A DNA stretch of 64,000 bases from assembly GCA_013239625.1 (NCBI GenBank), contig MU054323.1:4380214-4444213 (forward strand), written 5' to 3'. The notes beneath the pieces were generated by a model. The model ran no database searches. It had not been told where the DNA came from and saw nothing but the letters and a program-made list of their open reading frames with translations. The translations under genes and the position numbers were made by a program. Below are positions 1-13,919 of this stretch, piece by piece. Source of the stretch: Lama guanicoe (taxonomy: Eukaryota). The stretch's first letter is position 1, and the number at the start of each line of letters is the position of its first letter.

Positions 1-2965
1 ATCCTGTAGCTCTTCCAGCGATAACCAATTACAACCCTTTGTCCTGTTGTGCAGGGTTAAATTTGGTTGAAATAGAACCAGGTCTGAGTGTCCAATGATC
101 AGTTTAGATTTCAGAGAAATTAATAATGTTGCTTTATCCATGGAAGTACTTTAGAAAGTTTGAGTGTACAGACTGGGTAGAAATTGGCAATATTGCTCTT
201 ACCATAATTCACAGAGTTTAGGCTACACCAGTATGGAGACAAGAATACCATTTCAGTAATAATTACGAAAAAAAATTGTTCATCCACCAATCCTTCCTCT
301 CACTTCTTCCAGATAGTTCTGTGAAGCCCCAGAATCTCTTATGTAACCCACGGACCAGTGGTGTTCTTAGAAACTTCACTAGAATTAGCCATTTTTCTCC
401 TCTTATGTTGTGACTGCTCTAATGATGTCTGCTATTTCAATACTCTGTCTTGCTGTCCCCATTAAACCATTTAAAGATTCTAGTAATTTTAATATCTTTC
501 ATCTAGGTCACATCATCCTAGCTTCTTCTTGCCCCTGAAAGCAGGATAAATATAATTATTCAGACCATGAGCTACACTTTCAGATTGAAAATATTGTCAC
601 AGCTTACATCATCACGTTTTTTAGTAAGAAGGATCACTAGTTGTTACTTGTAAATCTTTCTCTTTTTCAGATTTTGTATGAAATAGGATATGATCTGTAG
701 TCAAATGAGGCAAATCTGTTCCAGTCATTAGTTTTCACTGTCCGTTGGGAGAATAAGGGGAAGTAGGAGAAATGTTCCCTGTTTGACAACTCTACATAAT
801 TTACCCAGCCAGTGAAATATCCTCTCTGGGTCAAACTGAAATGAGCCACCTTGTCAATTAGTGCTGGCGTCTTCTCCAGTAAATAGATCTGTCTCTTTGT
901 ACTGCTTCATTGTGTAAAGAAAAATGTCCCCTGAAGTGAGAGTGGTTAGTTATTGTAATACACGAGTCTTTAGTTTTGTATTGGCTGAATGGCTTAGATT
1001 TCTAGAACAAAAGATCATCCCTTTTAAAACTCTTCCCCTCCTCCTCCAGGGTACCTTTTCTCAAAAGTACATGGCAGATGAGGCAGCTTTTGGTAAACTT
1101 TTGTATAACATGCATCCCAGTTGGACTAGAACTGGGCCTCTGTTAAGTAGAACAAGTAACAGCCCTTCCCCAGCATCAGTTGCATAGTCTGATTTACATG
1201 AGGTTGAGGCATCTTCTAGGAATCTGACTCAACAATGGAGTTCAAGCATATCTGGAAGGCTGGATGATGGGTAGACTCATTGGTAACAAAAATGCACAGT
1301 GAGGGTAACTATCTTATACAGAGTCAACTGATCATAATAACAGATGAAGTCTGGCTTCAGTGATCAAGAATCTGCAACAGGGCATGAGGGTGAGAAGAAA
1401 GAAGCAGTTCTGTTCGTAATGTGTTGGCTATGAAAATAATTTCACCTGGAATATAACAGGTGACCCTTGCTGGCTGTTTCATTTCTGTCCCTATCAATAG
1501 TTACACATATGGATACTATTTTTTTCTAACTAAAAATACAAATGCATATTTACACACTTATTTGTATAACAGATTAAACCACAATCCATGTATTGGAGCA
1601 GCATAATTACATCCACATATAAGCATTTGCATATGAAAGTCCTTGATTTGCATGGACAATTATAAGTACTCTTTTTTTTGCTGATGCAAATGAAGAAACA
1701 CCTTTGGAAAATTGGCCTCATAATTTCTAATCATATATCATTGAGTGGTGCATACAGTTTTAGGCAAGGAATTGGCATCATTTTAAGAATAAGAAGTCAT
1801 TTAGGAAGATTTTCTCTGGGAGAAGCACTTCACAGAATAATCTTATTTTTCTAATAATTGCTTACAAATTGAGCATCCAATAGTCCAAAGCTGAAGGAGA
1901 TAAAGAAGTGACTTGGTGGCTCCTGGATAAGCACAGAATGGTGTACTTGACTTCACTCGACTGTCAGATGAAGACTTTTATAAATGTTTTCATTAGAAGC
2001 CATCAGAGGATTGTTTGTTTATAATCTTTTCACCACAGAGGATTGAAATTCCTGAAAGGAAGGAACTATAGAAAGCCACTGGTAAAGTTTAAAAGGGTCA
2101 AAGCTCAGCTTAGAAGGCAAGGGGCCAACCTAGGCATTTTAAGTCATATTCCCAGGTTTCTGTCTCTTCAAATAAGTTTCAAAGTGAGTTAAATGTTTCC
2201 TAAGGGGCAGTGAAACTCACATTAGGATTTTAGCAGTTGTCCAAAAGCCAAGATCTCTCAAAAGACTGATTATTTAATGTGATCTTTATTGTCAACATTC
2301 TTTCTAAAATGTTTGGTCTGTTTTGGAATGTTTCTCCCCAGTTATCAGTTATTGAGATATGTGAAATTGCTTCTTGTCATAAGCATGATCAGGAGGAGAA
2401 AAATTTCAGTTCTATCATTTATGTACTTTCAGTAATTACACTCCATTTATTGGGTCATGAGAAATGACATTTTATTTCTAAGTGAGTAGAGTTATAATGA
2501 ATTCACTTCAGATAGTTAAATCTTAAGTCTACAACTAAGGTGACTCTGCCCTTATAAAATCACTCTGTAGGAAGCCTTTTTTTCCTCCCTGTTTATCTAA
2601 GAATATAGCCATCTTGAACACATGAAACTGATGCCTTGTAGAAGGCTGCTGACTTCTCTTTCCAAAGGGAGGTTGAAAAATAGATCTTATGAAAAGGCAC
2701 TAGGACACTAGGTTGAGGACACAAAACCATAGTCCAGTGACTCAAGGTTCAAGTAGGATGTATTCCCAGCTTGATGCGGTAAGCCATCTCCCTTCCCTTC
2801 CTTCAAGACCTGAATGGATTTGTATCTCTGCCAGGAAGGATTCTGGGCATCGTTCTCCCCACACATTTCATTCTGGTACTTGCATATCTGTTAGCAATTC
2901 CAGAAACTGTCATTGCTTTGGCATATTAATTAAATTTAAACTTAGAATTGATTCCTAGTCATTTC

Positions 2966-3098
2966 ATTCATATATATATATACACATCATATATATATAT
3001 AATGTATATTATATATAGAGAAAGTTGTGAATATAGCTGAATATATAAAAAACTGAATGTATATGTATACATATACAATATGTGTGTGTGTGTGTGTA
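2966..3098. repeat. (TA)n/(TG)n compound microsatellite, low complexity
   Basis: Runs of tatatata and tgtgtgtg seen directly. Confidence 0.85.
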
Positions 3099-3199
3099 TT
3101 CCAACTGAAGAGTTTATCCATTATGGTAATAAAGTTTTTCCTACTCTCATGGAAGTAGGTTTTAAAATCTGAAAAATTTATGAGAGCACTTCAATAATT

Positions 3200-3400
3200 A
3201 TAAGCCTTTTTTATATCTGTGATATATCTTAATGTTTATAGTAACCTTATTGTGAAGGCAAGGCCAATCTAATAGTCCCTGTTTTATAGGCAAGAAGACT
3301 GAGGCTGAGGAGGTTTAAGTGATCTTTTTAAAGTGATAACACTAGTCACTACAAGACCCAGTGCTGAACTCAGCCTCAAGGACTCCTCGTTTGGTAGGTG
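3200..3400 (-). mobile_element. MIR SINE
   Basis: ccctgttttataggcaagaagactgaggctgaggaggtttaagtgatc resembles the reverse complement of the MIR core. Confidence 0.7.
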
Positions 3401-3839
3401 TCTAATAGCACCTACCACAGTCTTAGATAAAGTGTAGATTCTAAGCTAATGCTTGTTAAGTTAATGAAGGCTTCTCCCTTTGAGATCACGAGATGTGCCC
3501 GAATCAAGTATGCTCAGTGGTCTTACCTGTTAGCCCAAATACAAAACCTCAAAATATGCCAAGAGAAAGGGCTACAAGTTAGGAGATAAAACTATCATTT
3601 TAAAATATCCCGAATGTTGATATCATGTTATATATAACGTATTTTGAGGTAGATGTGAGAAATCATGGGAGGATACATTCAGTATATCTCATTAAACAAC
3701 AACAAATACCACCACACTAGGGTCTAATGTTATTTGAGGCAGTAAAGTTTACACCCTCTCCTCTGTTCTGCACATTTCTTCAAGGAACATTTCAGTTTCC
3801 AAATCCACCTGCAGCCTCGTCTGCCTCTCCAGCACACAC

Positions 3840-4060
3840 ACCTGTTCTACCTTGTCTGGCCTCATGTGAGACTCACCTCTATTATTACACTGTGTTCACG
3901 TTTAGCCCACATTTCATGCGCATCTCTTTGTCCCCACAACCAGCTATGAACATCTGGAACAAAGGACTAGTACCTGGGCTCCTTTTAATTTCCCCCAAAT
4001 CCCACTAGGTACTTAATGCTGCTGCTTAGGTGAATAGTAGAATCTAAACAAACAGATCTT
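3840..4060 (+). mobile_element. L2 LINE 3' fragment
   Basis: Degenerate L2 3' end pattern (tctctttgtccccacaaccagctatgaacatctggaacaaaggact...). Confidence 0.45.
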
Positions 4061-6929
4061 ATGTTACATTTGTTAGCCATCTGGAGGCATACTATATCAA
4101 ATTTGAAGCACCACAGTTTAGGAGATATGGGAGGATGTAAAAGGGAGTGGTAATTATGATGAAGTGGATAAAAAGTGAGATTTTGAAGAGAGGTTTAGCA
4201 CCTGGGGTAACAGCAGGCATGGGTGAGCTTGTGTGGCATGCTTACAGGCATATTTCTGTAACAGATTCCAAGCTTTTTGAAGCTACTCGTGGAGCTTAGC
4301 ACAGTGCATGGCAGAGAGTACATTCTCAGTTAAAATTCCTCAACCTAATTAATAGAAGATATGTAGAGGCAGGCAAGCACATACCTGCACCCCTCCTTCC
4401 TCCTTTGTGTCACCCAAATTCACCATTTGGTTAACTGTCAGCCTCCCTAGCCCACAAGATTAAAGTGCAGTGAGAGAGGAAACTGTGGAAGGCAGCGAGG
4501 ACGGACAGTGCCCCAGCAGAATGCACGACCTGCCAAGTTAGCAGCTGCCCTACCTGCCTCAAAAGTCAAGGGGTACTTGGCTCCTTCTTAGGAACCGGTG
4601 ATGTAGGCAGGGACACTTGAAGCGGAGACGACGTGGTTCATAAACACATAAACAGGCCTCACACCCACACTTGGGCGATGCAGGGATGTGGGGTCACGGG
4701 GCCAGAATATGAACAAACTTCCATTGACTTTGCTGAAACTTTGAAATGTATCTAATGAAGGAAAATTGGGGAAAGCTGACCTTTTTTAAAAAGATGCAGA
4801 AAGGTGTATATAGAAGGGTGCTAACCTACCCACTTAGTTAACAGTGAGTGATTTTCAGGCACTCAAACAATAACTGGATTACCCTTTCCCATAAGCAGGG
4901 GTGCAGAGCCCGCACTGGCTCCTCCCGTGAGCTGCAGCGTCTGTTCACGCGGCATCACGAACAAGGGGAATCAGGATTTTCCCACATTCTAAAGGAAACT
5001 TACTATCATCTGCTCTAGGATCTGACTTGTCATCCGAGGCCAATTGCTGGGATTTGCATGGAATGATCATTAGAAAGATCTGGTCCCCTGAAGATCCTAC
5101 ACTGTATCTGCTGCTTCAGGGACAAGCTAATAATGGCCATGCACACAGAATCCTGGGTTTTAGCAGATAAGAATTCAGGCTTAATATTGCCCAAGGTGTT
5201 CAAAATCACATCAGAGAGAATAATTTGTGGTGAGGATAAATAAATAATACATTTGCTAGTGAGCCTGCAAATAAATGATGACTCCTGGAAACTGCTCCTA
5301 TTCGGATCCCATCTTTTTGAGCAAAATTGGGCCCACCACATAGGCACGGCTGTGCCTCCATTTCTAACTTTAATGTTCCTGCTTTGGCACAGGTATTCCT
5401 TTTCATTAGAGCTTTTCAACCAGGAAAGCTAATACCTGAATATATTATTCTACATATTTACCTTAAACTTAACAGGATGGAAGCTTGGTGGAGCGGTTTA
5501 CATGGATGGAATACTAAGAGGAGTGCGCAGGGTGGTGGAAGAAATAAGATGGACGGGGACAGCCTCCCTTACACGAGACTAATGTAAGAGGCAGAGAAAG
5601 AGTCTCAAATAGGAAAGCTAGTCAGAGGCGAAATATTTTGGAAAAGATTTTTTAAAAATAGCAAAAGTCTGGCAGCAGACATTTTCCAAATAGTGAGCAT
5701 ATAGGATTAAAAGAGACACAAATATAGGCAAAATGCTGAGATTGTTAGTAGAAATGAAAATTGGCTAATGAACTCCTTCCTACCCTAAAAAAATCTATAA
5801 TTAGAGTCTGGATTTATAAAGAGGGATACTTCCAAAAATAGAATTTATTTCTTAAACAACAATGAAACAGGATGTCTGAATCCTTGTGAGCAGTAATGTT
5901 CCTGATCCCTTACGTGTATTTGCTTGACCTTAGAATAGGCAAGGGTAATGTTGGGAGATGGCTGGAGGACAAGAATCCGTAATTTTCATTTTATAGTACC
6001 CTTACTGTGATTTTGAGGTACAGTTTTCATGGTACATTGCTATATTACACTCCAGGTAGTTTTTATAATTTGTTATACCAACTAAGCAGCCAGTTCCTTA
6101 GGGGAAATCATGCATTTTACTTTTCATTCCTTTGTTTAGCGCCTAGCCCAGTGCTGGCCACATTAAAACATATACACATGCACAGGATTCCCCCACCCCC
6201 CAATACTCACATGTGGAAGGACTTGACTGGCGCTGGGTGGTGGGCAGCCCCCCATACTGCCTTCAGAAACATGGTGATTGCTTATGGCAGAGAACAGTCA
6301 GTTGTGAGCACTTTGAGGACAGGGGCATCTCAGAATCCCCAGCATCTAGCATGAAGCCCAGCACAGGGTGGGTGCCCAGTAATTGGCAAATATAGAGGCC
6401 TGTTTGACTTGTGATTCAATTTAAGGTGCAGACCCACTTTGTAACCTGCGTTCTATAGCCCTTTCACCTCATTGTTCTCTCAAAGGATGATTAGGCATAA
6501 GATGGAGCTAAAATCCAGGGGACAGAGTTGGTTCAAATTCAAAAGCCTCAGGTGTTGAATGTGACAGGAGGGAATATGTCTGTCTGACTCCCCTGAGCTG
6601 AGGAGCTGTGAAGTGTCCCGAGATGAACCAGGCACAGAAAAGGGAGAGTCTGACAATTATGCTGAGAGGCTGGAATAGAAGCGGAGGCAGTGACTTGAAA
6701 ATGGCACAGCTCCAAGATTCGGGGGCCATGGCGGAAGCAGGGGATGATTTGTGGAGCTATCTTAGTCTCCGGCAGAAACAAGAAAAGACAATCTCAGTGA
6801 AGAAGTAGAAAGGGGTAGAACGTGATAAAATAAATCTGGGGGAAATAAGCACACAGCTTGCACACATGCTAGCAGGGTAAGTGTGCTTCTACCTTGGAGT
6901 CACTGGGCAGAGAGCCCCAAGATTCCCAT

Positions 6930-7243
6930 CCTTCCTTCCTTTAGCTCCTTACTCATTCATTGCTTTATCAGGTCAAGGTTTTCCTTGACCATCACATTCA
7001 AAACATAGCAGTGCATTTCCCCATCCCTCCATGTACTCCGATCTGCTTGCCCTACTTTTCTACAAAGCATTTATCATTTCCTAAAACACCATTTCTTTAC
7101 TTATTTATTTATGATCTTCCTCTTAGAGTGTAAGAAAAGGGCCATGAAGACAGGAATGTTGTCTATGTTTATTCTCTGCTCCCTCCCCAGTGCCTAGAAT
7201 AGTGCCCAGAGCTTAGTAGGCACTGAATGAATGAATGAATGGA
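6930..7243 (+). mobile_element. L2 LINE 3' end with (TGAA)n tail
   Basis: ccccagtgcctagaatagtgcccaga...tagtaggcactgaatgaatgaatgaatgg is a typical L2a terminus. Confidence 0.8.
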
Positions 7244-8894
7244 GGCAAACTCCCTGGGGGAAAGCACTGAGGACTGGGGAGGGCAGAATTCTTGATCCGT
7301 CACAAATTTTTATTTACTGGATAATCAGGTTCTCTTCACTGGCTTCAATGTGTCATCTGTAATATTGCGGGTTTTAGGAGAGGTTGGGAGTAGGAATAAC
7401 ATCATATTTCCCCAGGGAAGAAGCTAGCCTGGTCTCTCTCTTTGAATTTCTTCTGGTTCATAGTCCTATGACTTTGTGAATCCAAGATTTCATGATCTAA
7501 ATGTTCCATTTTCTCCCACAATGAACCCTTGGCTTTTAAGTCAAATGAATATCTCAGTTTTACATGAAATCCAAAGATGACGAACGTTATTAGTGAGGCA
7601 TATATGTTAATAAAATACATATACAAACTTAGATAAAAAAGAAGCCAAAATTATTTTTGATGCCATTAGTCTGCTAGTTATTCTATATTGGCAAATATAT
7701 CCAGTCAAACCAAGGGGAAAAGCATTCAAAGCAGTTTTACTGATATATTTCCTTCTTTACCACCTGTTATTTAAAAGAATTGACCAAATGCAGTAGACAG
7801 TGCCTTAGCTGTTATTTAGAGAAAGCTTTGAGCTTGAATCAATGTGATATTTTGCTCCGTAGGTATTGAAAATCATTCTCCTGTTGTCACTAATTGCTTT
7901 GATATTCTGCAAAAGTACAAAGTGTCAGCTATTTATTAATAAATCTGTTTTTGTAGTAGAGGGGCACATCTTTACTGTTTATCATGTACCAGCAGTAAAA
8001 AGTACTGAAGCCCTGAACAGAGCGTGTAATGAAAGACTCTGTCAGTGTGTGGCATATCTGGTGATTAAAAAACAGGTAGAGGAATGCAAAGGAGAAGGAC
8101 AGTCTACATACAATTCTTCCAAAGCCCTCATCGCCAATGATCACTCTTACATGGATTAAAAGCTGTCAGATATGATCATTTATCAAGCAGCTGTGAAATG
8201 GGGAAATATAAAATTAAGAAGAGATATCTGATGGCTTGTCACAGCCAACCACTGGGTTAGGCTTGCATCGAATTCATAAGATCAAGTAGATAAAGCACAC
8301 ATTTATTTGATTCTCTGTGTAATTGAATTGAGAAAGGTGGTTTGCAAGACAGATTCTCGTCTCTTTCACTCAGCAGTGAGTGATAGAGAAAGCAGTCCTC
8401 TGTCTTCATCGTTTCAACAGAGCCTTTCTAGAGACACAAACTACAGCTCCAAACCACTCTGGGAAACAAAATTGTTTCCTCAGACAAGAAGCGGTGATGG
8501 AAGAATGTACTCCTCCATCATGTCCAAGCCATCATGCACTCAAATTTATTGCTCCATGAATTATAAATTGGGGAGCACTGAGAAAAACTTCTTAGCCCCC
8601 AAGGATAATTTGCACCAGCTTAATCCAGTTTCTGAAATCAGCATCACTATGCTTGACAGTTACAGGGACCCAAATCCCATGGATTAGTTTTTTTTCTGGG
8701 TCCAGTTTAAGGATGTTCAAGGACCAGTTTAAGGATGGCACCAACAAATGAACTGTATCAGGATAAGAAATACGATGTAGCTCCTGGAGACCGTGCCCTG
8801 GAAACTCAGAGGATCCAAACATGCTGTGGAGCCTCTAGTTAGTCCAGACAACAGGGCTCTCTGCTCTGACAAAGAAAAAAAAAAATCTAAATCT

Positions 8895-9170
8895 TTTTGG
8901 AACACGTGAATTAAATGCCTAATATGTGCCAAGCAAAGAGGAAGGAACACAAAGTGACTTCTGTTCCTGGTGGGAGGCAATTGTATAAATAAATAACTGC
9001 ACACATGCAAGATGCCAAGTGAGGAATGCATTATGTTGCTTGGTGTTCATAGAAGAATTAGCAACATATTGGGCTTGAGGGAAAGGTTCGATAAAGCTTT
9101 ATGGAGAAAGTGATGCGAGCGGGAGACTTCTAGAGGGATTAAGAGGTCATCGGGTAGATCAGGAAGTTTA
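8895..9170 (-). mobile_element. L2 LINE 3' fragment
   Basis: ttaaatgcctaatatgtgccaagca...aaagctttatggagaaagtgatg matches the reverse complement of the L2 3' region. Confidence 0.6.
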
Positions 9171-9539
9171 AAGCATTACAAAAGAAATGTTGAAGACGGA
9201 AACTCTGTTGCATGGTGCCTGGTGCCTCTCCTACCACTGTTACTTCTAATTCCCCTGCTCCTAGTCTGAATTCATTTATTTTCCTCTTCTGTAGCAGCTT
9301 TCATTCCTATAGCAGCTTAAGAGTATTTACATATATTTTCTCATTTGATCTTCTAGCCACCTTCAGTGGTACGCAGGTATAGCAAAGATTGGCCAAGCAC
9401 TGCAGAAAATCATCTGAATGATACTTTTCTCAACTTTTCCAAGGAGAGTACATAGAAAGCTCCATTCTGCATACATAGAAGTTAATTCATGACACATCGT
9501 GGGTATCACAGGGCATTAATTCTCTGGTTGAGAAAGCAT

Positions 9540-9948
9540 AGGATGGATAGACATTCACCAAACTTACCTCCTCTTTTTCCTGACCACAAAGATAGACTAC
9601 ATTTTTCAGTCTCCCCAGAAGTGAAATGGGGCCAAGTGACGAAGTTCTAGTCAGTAAAACCCATGTAGAATTTACATGTGCCACTTCATAACGGCTAATA
9701 ACCTTCCCCTGCATGCTTCTCCATATGCTTTCCCTGTCCTCGGGCTGAAATGAAATAACTCTGAGCATATAGAGAAGAAAGGAGTCACTAGGTTGAAGGA
9801 TCTGAACTCCTAAATTGCAGTGTCAAAAGCCACCTACCAGACACCGTTATTGAACTGTTATGCAGATAAGAAATGAAATTTTACTATGTTAAGCCATTAA
9901 ATCTTAGGAATTGTTTCTTAAAGTGATTAGCCTTCTTTGATTAATATG
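9540..9948 (+). mobile_element. ERVL-MaLR solo LTR (MLT1I/J/K-like)
   Basis: gactacatttttcagtctcc...gggccaagtgac at the 5' end and agaaatgaaattttactatgttaagccatt...ttgtttctt...gattaata at the 3' end. Confidence 0.7.
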
Positions 9949-9949
9949 G

Positions 9950-10100
9950 CAGAAGAGGTAGTATTTTACCAGATTTACAACTGAAAAAAGAGTGATTCAT
10001 AGGAAAGGAAACTTTGACCAAGGCAAAATGGCAAGTAGGTAATGGAAACTCCACTAGAATGCGTGTCCTGTAGCGCTGGAACCCCTGTTCATGCCATTCT
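9950..10100 (-). mobile_element. MIR fragment (another piece at about 9310-9380)
   Basis: Degenerate reverse MIR core (gatttacaactgaaaaaagagtgatt...actttgaccaagg). Confidence 0.5.
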
Positions 10101-10356
10101 CCACATATCCTCTACAGAGGGTGGAGGGTTGACTCTGCTGCACAAGGACTGGGTCCAGCATAAAAGCTCTTTAATAACCAGCAATTGGGTGGATACAACC
10201 AGCTGAATATACACTTTGGTTTTGAGGATAATATCCTATGATTGTGTTCCCTTCAAAAGTTAGCTGGGGATTTGCCCTTTTTATTACTGCTAGGAAATTA
10301 GCATGCCTTCCATTTTCTCCTGCCCAGTGCCACAAAGACCCACCTTCCTGTTTGTG

Positions 10357-10530
10357 CTGCAGCTTTGTTGCTCAAAGCGTGATCTAGAGACCAGAAGCAT
10401 GGGCATCTCTGGGAAGTTATTAGGAATGCAGGATCCCAGGCCCCACTCCGAGCCTACTGAACCGAATCTGCATCTCAACAAAATCTCCAGATAATTCTTA
10501 TGCACATCAAATTTTGAGAAGCTTTAGTCT
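10357..10530. mobile_element. MER5A hAT-Charlie MITE
   Basis: ctcaaagcgtg...ccagaagcatgggcatctctgggaag...aatgcagg...ccccactcc...cctactgaaccgaatctgcat...ttttgagaagc. Confidence 0.85.
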
Positions 10531-11417
10531 ATAACATCTCTATACCTTGAGATTTGCTTACCTGAACTAGAGTGCCCCCAGCACCTGCTGCCTCTTCTAA
10601 CCAGCATCCTTTTCACCTCAGGAACTCTATGCATTCTCTTAACTTGACCACATTCTTACCTGGCTGCAACTGCTTTGACTTACGGATACCTGCTCTGACT
10701 CATATCTGGCCTGGTTTTGACTTCCCTTCATGTGATCTAGCCATCCCAGAGGTAGGCATCAGCTCTTATAAAGTAGATGTCTACTCAAAGGAGCAACATT
10801 TTAGGTGCTCTGTAGTTAACTAAAGTGTCATTTTAGCTCCAGGTACTTATGGGAATCTATGGGAAATGAGCCTCTGACTGATTGATGATCATGTAAGTCT
10901 CTATTAGTGGGAAAAGGTCAGGACATAAGGAGTCACCCTGGGATGCTAGGCACCCATTTTTGGACTAATTAGCATTTGACGGTTCTCCTCTCAACCACAT
11001 GACGTGTTGGTTTGCGTTCCTCTTATGGCGTTCTAAAAACAAAACGAATAATATCAACTCCCTCCTTTAAAATGTGCATCTATTACTGCTTTTAAGTCAA
11101 AAACCTCAAATGTCAGCAGGGCAGGGTGATGGCATCCTTTTCCCAACTTCTGCAGTTTTTGCTCCCCGGACATCTAGCTTTGAGAATCAGCCAAGAATAG
11201 AAATGCAGAGGTGCTCAGGTAACACAGACAGCTGCAGTCTCTGAACTGGGTGGCTTGGATATTTTAATAAGTCAAATGTAGGGTTTCTGGACCTGAAACT
11301 CAATGACTCAAAAATAATGCTGGCCTCTAATCTATTGGGAATCTTAACATGTGGTCCCTTGTTCTCCAGCTGCTAACAAGTAAGGGTTTTTAGTGGCGTT
11401 GTTGGCAGCTGTCCTTG

Positions 11418-11615
11418 GAATGTGGTGGAGAGGAGTGTGGGCCCTTAGGCCCCATGGCTGAGTCTCAATTCTGGCTCCATCCTTATTTGCTCTGTGAGCT
11501 TACAGAAGTTGTTTAACCTCTCTAGATCTCAGTTTCCTCTCAGAAAATAAATTCACATAAACTCACAGGATTCTCATAAGTTTAAGTAATGAAACATGGA
11601 AAGTATTTGGAACAG
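11418..11615 (+). mobile_element. MIR SINE
   Basis: ctgtgagcttacagaagttgtttaacctctctagatctcagtttcctc is the MIR core. Confidence 0.75.
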
Positions 11616-11951
11616 AAGAAGCATCAATACCAGATCATCAGGGAAAATCAGCCCTTGTCATTGTGCCCATATTCACCAGTCATCTTTAGCGGGGATAGAA
11701 AGAAAAGGTTTAAAACAGACTAGTCATCATCTTTGGCTAAAATGTTTCCTGACAGAAAAATGTATTATGCAAGTGTTGGAAGCAGCCATATTGAATGTCA
11801 GTAACACTGTCGATGGGGCCGCATGAGGACATTGGACATAGAGGTTAAAATAAAAATTGTTTAATTCATTTTGTCGAATACCATCCTTGCCTTCTCCCTT
11901 ACTGATAGTCTAGCATTCAGACTTGCAGTCTGATTTCCCACGTGGTCTCAG

Positions 11952-12055
11952 TTATACATGGCCGCACTATTCTTGAGTTGATCAAGACACAGAAACAAAA
12001 TGTTTATACATGGCCGCACTATTCTTGAGTTGATCAAGACACAGAAACAAAATGT
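11952..12055. repeat. Perfect 52-bp tandem duplication
   Basis: ttatacatggccgcactattcttgagttgatcaagacacagaaacaaaatgt occurs at 11952-12003 and 12004-12055. Confidence 0.95.
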
Positions 12056-13165
12056 TGTTTCTGAGTTCTTCTGTCAGTCCCTGGCTCTGGGAGTTCTGCT
12101 TTGAAAGCACACTTTCTTACCGTGATCAGTATCAGTATGACGAGGAGCAACAGCTCCATTGTCAACTATCATGGTTCACCTGCCTCTTAAGACTTTAAGT
12201 GTCTTGTGTGATTCTGATATTTCATCTCACATTTTTCCTCTTCTCTGTTGTCCAGTCATTGGTTAATGATACCAAAGTGTAACACACTTTCAGGGTGTTG
12301 TGTCCTCTTCAAATCTTTTCAGAACTGATTTAATACCATTTTACAGGCCTGTGCAATTCATCCAAACCCTTAAATCATTGTTCTTTCCCCAGCTTAAAAC
12401 CTTTCAATTTTATACCTCCACTGATAAGGCTTAACATATAACAGCTTAAGATGTTCTTGCTCTTAGACATGAAGGGGAAATAACTGTTGTATCATTGCCA
12501 GTGTTTATCATGGAGTTTTTTATGTGGCGCGTCACAGAGTACTAAAACAACCAACATTTACCAAGTTCTCTTTTCATATTTAGAAAATGTCTTTGAACAG
12601 GAAGTGACAATTGTGGCCAAGTTAACTGTGATTTGGTTCCAGTATATTTTCAGCAGCATTATTTTCAGAATAACTAGAGCCTCGCATAGAACATATGACT
12701 TTTCTTCAAAAACAAATACTGAAAAGAAAAAAAAATTATTATGTGTTGCTTATTAAACAAAGTTGAAACTTTTTACTTTTTTACTGAAAGTTATACTTCT
12801 TCCCAGCACCTTCTCTATTTCTACAAACCAAATATTTTTCTTCATTCAGTGTAACTGCTTTTCTAGTTTTTGCCTTCCTAAGTATGTCAGTCGTAACTCA
12901 TTTTTCCTTTTCTCCACATTCTTATCATTGTGGAATAATTATTTTGGCACATCCTATATTCTCTGTTCTTTGAGGATAAATTTTCACTACAGCAGCCCTT
13001 ACAATACATTTACATTTACATGGAATAATGCTTTGTGCAAAGTAGATACTCATTAAACATTTCCTGAAAATTTATTGAATGTATAAATGGAAAAACCATA
13101 AAATGTGAACTGGAAGTACTGGCTTATAATTCTCGTTGTGCCCCTTAAATATGCCTTTGGGTAAA

Positions 13166-13741
13166 TGTGGCAGACAGGCTGTTAAGGTGGCCCTATAATG
13201 TCTACCTCCTAACGTCCACAATCCTGTGTGATCTTTTTCTCTAGAATGTAGACATGTCCATGACTTGCTTTTAATAAAATTCAGCAAAGTGATGAGATGT
13301 AAGAGGTTACATAATTACACTGCATAACATTGCCGTGCTCGTCCTAATGGAGTGTCTTTCTCTCCCTTGCTGACCTTGAGGAAGCAAGCGGCCTTACCGA
13401 GGAACTACACATGGTGAGGAACTGTGATTGGCCTATGAGAGCTGAGGGAGGCCTCTAACCAACAGCCAGTAGGAAACTGAATCCTCAATCCCACAACCAC
13501 CAGGAACTGAATTCTTCCAACACTTGAATGGACTTGAAAGTAGGTTCTATCCCAGTTGAACCTCACATGAGGCTGCCATCTTGGATGACAGCTTTATTGC
13601 AGCCAGGTGATACCCCCAGCAAGGGACACAGATTAAACTATGTTCAGACACATGACCCATAAAAGCTGCAAAAAAACAAATGTGAGTTGTTTTAAGCCAC
13701 TGTGTGGCAAAATAATTACACAGCAATGGAAAACTAACACA
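13166..13741 (+). mobile_element. ERVL-MaLR solo LTR (MLT1E/F-like)
   Basis: Starts tgtggcagac, contains aggaactgaattcttccaaca, and ends ttgttttaagccact...acagcaatggaaaactaacaca (TG...CA). Confidence 0.85.
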
Positions 13742-13919
13742 AGTAAGTGACTTACTGAATATTGGTCTTCATGGTTGGAAAATGTAAATAAAATTTTCTG
13801 TCCTACTTTAGTCATGATATTTAAAAATGTATAAAATGAAAATACAATATATTTAAGAGCACTGTAAAGTGCTAAAAATACTATATGAGCATTTCAAAAT
13901 GCTAAAACACTATATGAGC

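Noticed and set aside
180..640. Possible very old LINE (CR1/L4-like) remnant
   Set aside because: It is too degenerate to assign without a profile search.
7866..8159. 97-aa ORF with a signal-peptide-like start (MKIILLLSLIALIFC)
   Set aside because: It starts at TTG, has no promoter context and no family resemblance. T-rich DNA commonly gives hydrophobic runs.
11952..12055. Direct repeats as a CRISPR-like array
   Set aside because: There are only two adjacent copies with no spacers, and the context is eukaryotic.
13870..13919. Short ~20-bp imperfect direct repeat
   Set aside because: It is a small local duplication in AT-rich DNA with no sign of function.
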